This document shows, piece by piece, positions 54,401 through 64,000 of a DNA stretch of 64,000 bases (its first letter is position 1; every line of letters begins with the position of its first letter). The stretch lies in assembly GCA_964057225.1 (NCBI GenBank), contig OZ059900.1:19530001-19594000 (forward strand), written 5' to 3'. Below the pieces are notes generated by a model. That model saw only the letters and a program-made list of their open reading frames with translations. It made no database searches and was not told where the DNA came from. The position numbers and the translations under genes were made by a program. The stretch comes from Auanema rhodensis (Eukaryota; Animalia; Nematoda).

Positions 54401-56165
54401 GACGTTGTACGAACAATTTTGAGCTAGGTTTCATTGACATTGCATGAGTTTGAACACATGAAATCGTAAGTCAAAACCTTGTTTACAGCGAAATTTCCAA
54501 AAACTGGTTTTCCAGCATAATAAAATATTTCTCATGGGAAATACTGTGTTTTTGTATTTTTCTAGTGTTCAGCATGTAAAATGCTTCATTTTAGTATGTA
54601 ACACGCTGAAATTCGTTGCATTTGACGACTCATATGAACAAAAATCGATTTAATCAATATTAGCCATAAGGGGCGTACCCTCAGAATATGCTAATTTCCT
54701 TAATTTTCTAACCCCTGTTTTTTTGTCGTGAAAGTGGGACTAGACGTTGTACGAACAATTTTGAGCTAGGTTTCATTGACATTGCATGAGTTTGAACACA
54801 TGAAATCGTAAGTCAAAACCTTGTTTACAGCGAAATTTCCAAAAACTGGTTTTCCAGCATAATAAAATATTTCTCATGGGAAATACTGTGTTTTTGTATT
54901 TTTCTAGTGTTCAGCATGTAAAATGCTTCATTTTAGTATGTAACACGCTGAAATTCGTTGCATTTGACGACTCATATGAACAAAAATCGATTTAATCAAT
55001 ATTAGCCATAAGGGGCGTGCCCTCAGAATATGCTAATTTCCTTAATTTTCTAACCCCTGTTTTTTTGTCGTGAAAGTGGAACTAGACGTTGTACGAACAA
55101 TTTTGAGCTAGGTTTCATTGACATTGCATGAGTTTGAACACATGAAATCGTAAGTCAAAACCTTGTTTACAGCGAAATTTCCAAAAACTGGTTTTCCAGC
55201 ATAATAAAATATTTCTCATGGGAAATACTGTGTTTTTGTATTTTTCTAGTGTTCAGCATGTAAAATGCTTCATTTTAGTATGTAACACGCTGAAATTCGT
55301 TGCATTTGACGACTCATATGAACAAAAATCGATTTAATCAATATTAGCCATAAGGGGCGTGCCCTCAGAATATGCTAATTTCCTTAATTTTCTAACCCCT
55401 GTTTTTTGGCCGTGAAAGTGGGACTAGACGTTGTACAAACACTTTTGAGCTAGGTTTTATTGACATTGCATGAGTTTGAACACATGAAATCGTAAGTCAA
55501 AACCTTGTTTACAGCGAAATTTCCAAAAACTGGTTTTCCAGCATAATAAAATATTTCTCATGGGAAATACTGTGTTTTTGTATTTTTCTAGTGTTCAGCA
55601 TGTAAAATGCTTCATTTTAGTATGTAACACGCTGAAATTCGTTGCATTTGACGACTCATATGAACAAAAATCGATTTAATCAATATTAGCCATAAGGGGC
55701 GTGCCCTCAGAATATGCTAATTTCCTTAATTTTCTAACCCCTGTTTTTTTGTCGTGAAAGTGGGACTAGACGTTGTACGAACAATTTTGAGCTAGGTTTC
55801 ATTGACATTGCATGAGTTTGAACACATGAAATCGTAAGTCAAAACCTTGTTTACAGCGAAATTTCCAAAAACTGGTTTTCCAGCATAATAAAATATTTCT
55901 CATGGGAAATACTGTGTTTTTGTATTTTTTTAGTGTTCAGCATGTAAAATGCTTCATTTTAGTATGTAACACGCTGAAATTCGTTGCATTTGACGACTCA
56001 TATGAACAAAAATCGATTTAATCAATATTAGCCATAAGGGGCGTGCCCTCAGAATATGCTAATTCCCTTAATTTTCTAACCCCTGTTTTTTTGTCGTGAA
56101 AGTGGAACTAGACGTTGTACAAACAATTTTGAGCTAGGTTTCATTGACATTGCATGAGTTTGAAC
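51472..56165 (-). repeat. 5-monomer block duplicated at a 9-monomer offset (3078 bp) in the inverted arm
   Basis: 51472-53087 matches 54550-56165: GCGTAC+GTGGGA monomer, consensus, 6-SNP monomer (52062/55140), GTGGGA, then TTTTTTTAG+TTCCCT+ACAAAC. Confidence 0.87.
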
Positions 56166-59100
56166 ACATGAAATCGTAAGTCAAAACCTTGTTTACAGCG
56201 AAATTTCCAAAAACTGGTTTTCCAGCATAATAAAATATTTCTCATGGGAAATACTGTGTTTTTGTATTTTTCTAGTGTTCAGCATGTAAAATGCTTCATT
56301 TTAGTATGTAACACGCTGAAATTCGTTGCATTTGACGACTCATATGAACAAAAATCGATTTAATCAATATTAGCCATAAGGGGCGTGCCCTCAGAATATG
56401 CTAATTTCCTTAATTTTCTAACCCCTGTTTTTTTGTCGTGAAAGTGGGACTAGACGTTGTACGAACAATTTTGAGCTAGGTTTCATTGACATTGCATGAG
56501 TTTGAACACATGAAATCGTAAGTCAAAACCTTGTTTACAGCGAAATTTCCAAAAACTGGTTTTCCAGCATAATAAAATATTTCTCATGGAAAATACTGTG
56601 TTTTTGTATTTTTCTAGTGTTCAGCATGTAAAATGCTTCATTTTAGTATGTAACACGCTGAAATTCGTTGCATTTGACGACTCATATGAACAAAAATCGA
56701 TTTAATCAATATTAGCCATAAGGGGCGTGCCCTCAGAATATGCTAATTTCCTTAATTTTCTAACCCCTGTTTTTTTGTCGTGAAAGTGGAACTAGACGTT
56801 GTACGAACAATTTTGAGCTAGGTTTCATTGACATTGCATGAGTTTGAACACATGAAATCGTAAGTCAAAACCTTGTTTACAGCGAAATTTCCAAAAACTG
56901 GTTTTCCAGCATAATAAAATATTTCTCATGGGAAATACTGTGTTTTTGTATTTTTCTAGTGTTCAGCATGTAAAATGCTTCATTTTAGTATGTAACACGC
57001 TGAAATTCGTTGCATTTGACGACTCATATGAACAAAAATCGATTTAATCAATATTAGCCATAAGGGGCGTGCCCTCAGAATATGCTAATTTCCTTAATTT
57101 TCTAACCCCTGTTTTTTTGTCGTGAAAGTGGAACTAGACGTTGTACGAACAATTTTGAGCTAGGTTTCATTGACATTGCATGAGTTTGAACACATGAAAT
57201 CGTAAGTCAAAACCTTGTTTACAGCGAAATTTCCAAAAACTGGTTTTCCAGCATAATAAAATATTTCTCATGGGAAATACTGTGTTTTTGTATTTTTCTA
57301 GTGTTCAGCATGTAAAATGCTTCATTTTAGTATGTAACACGCTGAAATTCGTTGCATTTGACGACTCATATGAACAAAAATCGATTTAATCAATATTAGC
57401 CATAAGGGGCGTGCCCTCAGAATATGCTAATTTCCTTAATTTTCTAACCCCTGTTTTTTTGTCGTGAAAGTGGAACTAGACGTTGTACGAACAATTTTGA
57501 GCTAGGTTTCATTGACATTGCATGAGTTTGAACACATGAAATCGTAAGTCAAAACCTTGTTTACAGCGAAATTTCCAAAAACTGGTTTTCCAGCATAATA
57601 AAATATTTCTCATGGGAAATACTGTGTTTTTGTATTTTTCTAGTGTTCAGCATGTAAAATGCTTCATTTTAGTATGTAACACGCTGAAATTCGTTGCATT
57701 TGACGACTCATATGAACAAAAATCGATTTAATCAATATTAGCCATAAGGGGCGTGCCCTCAGAATATGCTAATTTCCTTAATTTTCTAACCCCTGTTTTT
57801 TTGTCGTGAAAGTGGAACTAGACGTTGTACGAACAATTTTGAGCTAGGTTTCATTGACATTGCATGAGTTTGAACACATGAAATCGTAAGTCAAAACCTT
57901 GTTTACAGCGAAATTTCCAAAAACTGGTTTTCCAGCATAATAAAATATTTCTCATGGGAAATACTGTGTTTTTGTATTTTTCTAGTGTTCAGCATGTGAA
58001 ATGCTTCATTTTAGTATGTAACACGCTGAAATTCGTTGCATTTGACGACTCATATGAACAAAAATCGATTTAATCAATATTAGCCATAAGGGGCGTGCCC
58101 TCAGAATATGCTAATTTCCTTAATTTTCTAACCCCTGTTTTTTTGTCGTGAAAGTGGAACTAGACGTTGTACGAACAATTTTGAGCTAGGTTTCATTGAC
58201 ATTGCATGAGTTTGAACACATGAAATCGTAAGTCAAAACCTTGTTTACAGCGAAATTTCCAAAAACTGGTTTTCCAGCATAATAAAATATTTCTCATGGG
58301 AAATACTGTGTTTTTGTATTTTTCTAGTGTTCAGCATGTGAAATGCTTCATTTTAGTATGTAACACGCTGAAATTCGTTGCATTTGACGACTCATATGAA
58401 CAAAAATCGATTTAATCAATATTAGCCATAAGGGGCGTGCCCTCAGAATATGCTAATTTCCTTAATTTTCTAACCCCTGTTTTTTTGTCGTGAAAGTGGA
58501 ACTAGACGTTGTACGAACAATTTTGAGCTAGGTTTCATTGACATTGCATGAGTTTGAACACATGAAATCGTAAGTCAAAACCTTGTTTACAGCGAAATTT
58601 CCAAAAACTGGTTTTCCAGCATAATAAAATATTTCTCATGGGAAATACTGTGTTTTTGTATTTTTCTAGTGTTCAGCATGTGAAATGCTTCATTTTAGTA
58701 TGTAACACGCTGAAATTCGTTGCATTTGACGACTCATATGAACAAAAATCGATTTAATCAATATTAGCCATAAGGGGCGTGCCCTCAGAATATGCTAATT
58801 TCCTTAATTTTCTAACCCCTGTTTTTTTGTCGTGAAAGTGGAACTAGACGTTGTACGAACAATTTTGAGCTAGGTTTCATTGACATTGCATGAGTTTGAA
58901 CACATGAAATCGTAAGTCAAAACCTTGTTTACAGCGAAATTTCCAAAAACTGGTTTTCCAGCATAATAAAATATTTCTCATGGGAAATACTGTGTTTTTG
59001 TATTTTTCTAGTGTTCAGCATGTAAAATGCTTCATTTTAGTATGTAACACGCTGAAATTCGTTGCATTTGACGACTCATATGAACAAAAATCGATTTAAT

Positions 59101-62100
59101 CAATATTAGCCATAAGGGGCGTGCCCTCAGAATATGCTAATTTCCTTAATTTTCTAACCCCTGTTTTTTTGTCGTGAAAGTGGGACTAGACGTTGTACGA
59201 ACAATTTTGAGCTAGGTTTCATTGACATTGCATGAGTTTGAACACATGAAATCGTAAGTCAAAACCTTGTTTACAGCGAAATTTCCAAAAACTGGTTTTC
59301 CAGCATAATAAAATATTTCTCATGGAAAATACTGTGTTTTTGTATTTTTCTAGTGTTCAGCATGTAAAATGCTTCATTTTAGTATGTAACACGCTGAAAT
59401 TCGTTGCATTTGACGACTCATATGAACAAAAATCGATTTAATCAATATTAGCCATAAGGGGCGTGCCCTCAGAATATGCTAATTCCCTTAATTTTCTAAC
59501 CCCTGTTTTTTTGTCGTGAAAGTGGAACTAGACGTTGTACGAACAATTTTGAGCTAGGTTTCATTGACATTGCATGAGTTTGAACACATGAAATCGTAAG
59601 TCAAAACCTTGTTTACAGCGAAATTTCCAAAAACTGGTTTTCCAGCATAATAAAATATTTCTCATGGGAAATACTGTGTTTTTGTATTTTTCTAGTGTTC
59701 AGCATGTAAAATGCTTCATTTTAGTATGTAACACGCTGAAATTCGTTGCATTTGACGACTCATATGAACAAAAATCGATTTAATCAATATTAGCCATAAG
59801 GGGCGTGCCCTCAGAATATGCTAATTCCCTTAATTTTCTAACCCCTGTTTTTTTGTCGTGAAAGTGGAACTAGACGTTGTACGAACAATTTTGAGCTAGG
59901 TTTCATTGACATTGCATGAGTTTGAACACATGAAATCGTAAGTCAAAACCTTGTTTACAGCGAAATTTCCAAAAACTGGTTTTCCAGCATAATAAAATAT
60001 TTCTCATGGGAAATACTGTGTTTTTGTATTTTTCTAGTGTTCAGCATGTAAAATGCTTCATTTTAGTATGTAACACGCTGAAATTCGTTGCATTTGACGA
60101 CTCATATGAACAAAAATCGATTTAATCAATATTAGCCATAAGGGGCGTGCCCTCAGAATATGCTAATTTCCTTAATTTTCTAACCCCTGTTTTTTTGTCG
60201 TGAAAGTGGAACTAGACGTTGTACGAACAATTTTGAGCTAGGTTTCATTGACATTGCATGAGTTTGAACACATGAAATCGTAAGTCAAAACCTTGTTTAC
60301 AGCGAAATTTCCAAAAACTGGTTTTCCAGCATAATAAAATATTTCTCATGGGAAATACTGTGTTTTTGTATTTTTCTAGTTTTCAGCATGTAAAATGCTT
60401 CATTTTAGTATGTAACACGCTGAAATTCGTTGCATTTGACGACTCATATGAACAAAAATCGATTTAATCAATATTAGCCATAAGGGGCGTGCCCTCAGAA
60501 TATGCTAATTTCCTTAATTTTCTAACCCCTGTTTTTTTGTCGTGAAAGTGGAACTAGACGTTGTACGAACAATTTTGAGCTAGGTTTCATTGACATTGCA
60601 TGAGTTTGAACACATGAAATCGTAAGTCAAAACCTTGTTTACAGCGAAATTTCCAAAAACTGGTTTTCCAGCATAATAAAATATTTCTCATGGGAAATAC
60701 TGTGTTTTTGTATTTTTCTAGTGTTCAGCATGTAAAATGCTTCATTTTAGTATGTAACACGCTGAAATTCGTTGCATTTGACGACTCATATGAACAAAAA
60801 TCGATTTAATCAATATTAGCCATAAGGGGCGTGCCCTCAGAATATGCTAATTTCCTTAATTTTCTAACCCCTGTTTTTTTGTCGTGAAAGTGGGACTAGA
60901 CGTTGTACGAACAATTTTGAGCTAGGTTTCATTGACATTGCATGAGTTTGAACACATGAAATCGTAAGTCAAAACCTTGTTTACAGCGAAATTTCCAAAA
61001 ACTGGTTTTCCAGCATAATAAAATATTTCTCATGGAAAATACTGTGTTTTTGTATTTTTCTAGTGTTCAGCATGTAAAATGCTTCATTTTAGTATGTAAC
61101 ACGCTGAAATTCGTTGCATTTGACGACTCATATGAACAAAAATCGATTTAATCAATATTAGCCATAAGGGGCGTGCCCTCAGAATATGCTAATTTCCTTA
61201 ATTTTCTAACCCCTGTTTTTTTGTCGTGAAAGTGGAACTAGACGTTGTACGAACAATTTTGAGCTAGGTTTCATTGACATTGCATGAGTTTGAACACATG
61301 AAATCGTAAGTCAAAACCTTGTTTACAGCGAAATTTCCAAAAACTGGTTTTCCAGCATAATAAAATATTTCTCATGGGAAATACTGTGTTTTTGTATTTT
61401 TCTAGTGTTCAGCATGTAAAATGCTTCATTTTAGTATGTAACACGCTGAAATTCGTTGCATTTGACGACTCATATGAACAAAAATCGATTTAATCAATAT
61501 TAGCCATAAGGGGCGTGCCCTCAGAATATGCTAATTTCCTTAATTTTCTAACCCCTGTTTTTTTGTCGTGAAAGTGGAACTAGACGTTGTACGAACAATT
61601 TTGAGCTAGGTTTCATTGACATTGCATGAGTTTGAACACATGAAATCGTAAGTCAAAACCTTGTTTACAGCGAAATTTCCAAAAACTGGTTTTCCAGCAT
61701 AATAAAATATTTCTCATGGGAAATACTGTGTTTTTGTATTTTTCTAGTGTTCAGCATGTAAAATGCTTCATTTTAGTATGTAACACGCTGAAATTCGTTG
61801 CATTTGACGACTCATATGAACAAAAATCGATTTAATCAATATTAGCCATAAGGGGCGTGCCCTCAGAATATGCTAATTTCCTTAATTTTCTAACCCCTGT
61901 TTTTTTGTCGTGAAAGTGGAACTAGACGTTGTACGAACAATTTTGAGCTAGGTTTCATTGACATTGCATGAGTTTGAACACATGAAATCGTAAGTCAAAA
62001 CCTTGTTTACAGCGAAATTTCCAAAAACTGGTTTTCCAGCATAATAAAATATTTCTCATGGGAAATACTGTGTTTTTGTATTTTTCTAGTGTTCAGCATG

Positions 62101-64000
62101 TGAAATGCTTCATTTTAGTATGTAACACGCTGAAATTCGTTGCATTTGACGACTCATATGAACAAAAATCGATTTAATCAATATTAGCCATAAGGGGCGT
62201 GCCCTCAGAATATGCTAATTTCCTTAATTTTCTAACCCCTGTTTTTTTGTCGTGAAAGTGGAACTAGACGTTGTACGAACAATTTTGAGCTAGGTTTCAT
62301 TGACATTGCATGAGTTTGAACACATGAAATCGTAAGTCAAAACCTTGTTTACAGCGAAATTTCCAAAAACTGGTTTTCCAGCATAATAAAATATTTCTCA
62401 TGGGAAATACTGTGTTTTTGTATTTTTCTAGTGTTCAGCATGTGAAATGCTTCATTTTAGTATGTAACACGCTGAAATTCGTTGCATTTGACGACTCATA
62501 TGAACAAAAATCGATTTAATCAATATTAGCCATAAGGGGCGTGCCCTCAGAATATGCTAATTTCCTTAATTTTCTAACCCCTGTTTTTTTGTCGTGAAAG
62601 TGGAACTAGACGTTGTACGAACAATTTTGAGCTAGGTTTCATTGACATTTCATGAGTTTGAACACATGAAATCGTAAGTCAAAACCTTGTTTACAGCGAA
62701 ATTTCCAAAAACTGGTTTTCCAGCATAATAAAATATTTCTCATGGGAAATACTGTGTTTTTGTATTTTTCTAGTGTTCAGCATGTAAAATGCTTCATTTT
62801 AGTATGTAACACGCTGAAATTCGTTGCATTTGACGACTCATATGAACAAAAATCGATTTAATCAATATTAGCCATAAGGGGCGTGCCCTCAGAATATGCT
62901 AATTTCCTTAATTTTCTAACCCCTGTTTTTTTGTCGTGAAAGTGGGACTAGACGTTGTACGAACAATTTTGAGCTAGGTTTCATTGACATTGCATGAGTT
63001 TGAACACATGAAATCGTAAGTCAAAACCTTGTTTACAGCGAAATTTCCAAAAACTGGTTTTCCAGCATAATAAAATATTTCTCATGGAAAATACTGTGTT
63101 TTTGTATTTTTCTAGTGTTCAGCATGTAAAATGCTTCATTTTAGTATGTAACACGCTGAAATTCGTTGCATTTGACGACTCATATGAACAAAAATCGATT
63201 TAATCAATATTAGCCATAAGGGGCGTGCCCTCAGAATATGCTAATTCCCTTAATTTTCTAACCCCTGTTTTTTTGTCGTGAAAGTGGAACTAGACGTTGT
63301 ACGAACAATTTTGAGCTAGGTTTCATTGACATTGCATGAGTTTGAACACATGAAATCGTAAGTCAAAACCTTGTTTACAGCGAAATTTCCAAAAACTGGT
63401 TTTCCAGCATAATAAAATATTTCTCATGGGAAATACTGTGTTTTTGTATTTTTCTAGTGTTCAGCATGTAAAATGCTTCATTTTAGTATGTAACACGCTG
63501 AAATTCGTTGCATTTGACGACTCATATGAACAAAAATCGATTTAATCAATATTAGCCATAAGGGGCGTGCCCTCAGAATATGCTAATTCCCTTAATTTTC
63601 TAACCCCTGTTTTTTTGTCGTGAAAGTGGAACTAGACGTTGTACGAACAATTTTGAGCTAGGTTTCATTGACATTGCATGAGTTTGAACACATGAAATCG
63701 TAAGTCAAAACCTTGTTTACAGCGAAATTTCCAAAAACTGGTTTTCCAGCATAATAAAATATTTCTCATGGAAAATACTGTGTTTTTGTATTTTTCTAGT
63801 GTTCAGCATGTAAAATGCTTCATTTTAGTATGTAACACGCTGAAATTCGTTGCATTTGACGACTCATATGAACAAAAATCGATTTAATCAATATTAGCCA
63901 TAAGGGGCGTGCCCTCAGAATATGCTAATTCCCTTAATTTTCTAACCCCTGTTTTTTTGTCGTGAAAGTGGAACTAGACGTTGTACGAACAATTTTGAGC
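51472..64000 (-). repeat. Same 342-bp satellite in inverted orientation (about 36.6 monomers)
   Basis: The sequence is the reverse complement of the monomer (e.g. CATTGCATGAGTTTGAAC ending at 51719). The phase is exact over 3420 bp (lines 51481, 54901, 58321, 61741 start alike), so there are no net indels. It runs off the right edge. Confidence 0.99.

Noticed and set aside
1-64000. CRISPR array or other repeat-spacer system
   Set aside because: There are no unique spacers. The entire period repeats, and no cas or other genes are present.

Overview
The whole 64-kb window is one eukaryotic-type satellite DNA array. The monomer is 342 bp, AT-rich (about 34% GC by hand count), and copies differ by only 0-6 substitutions. 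I find no genes, RNA genes, transposons or CRISPR arrays; all six frames of the monomer contain stops. The array runs on the + strand from 1 to 51473 (150 full monomers plus 146 bp, nine of them 345 bp). It then switches strand at a single junction at 51472-51473 (2-bp TT microhomology, no inserted sequence) and continues inverted for about 36.6 monomers to the window end. This makes a convergent macro-inverted repeat with arms of at least 12.4 kb and a 100-bp spacer. Diagnostic SNPs show local, shifting higher-order duplications (15-mer, 14-mer with a nested 7-mer, two other 7-mers, a 9-monomer-offset block). The forward arm homogenises toward the junction, and each arm has mostly private variants, so the inversion is not a simple mirror copy. 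The monomer is rich in dyad symmetries. Species, family and centromeric function cannot be determined from the sequence alone. 'Pos' below means position within the monomer as defined by window 1-342. Variants were typed by eye.
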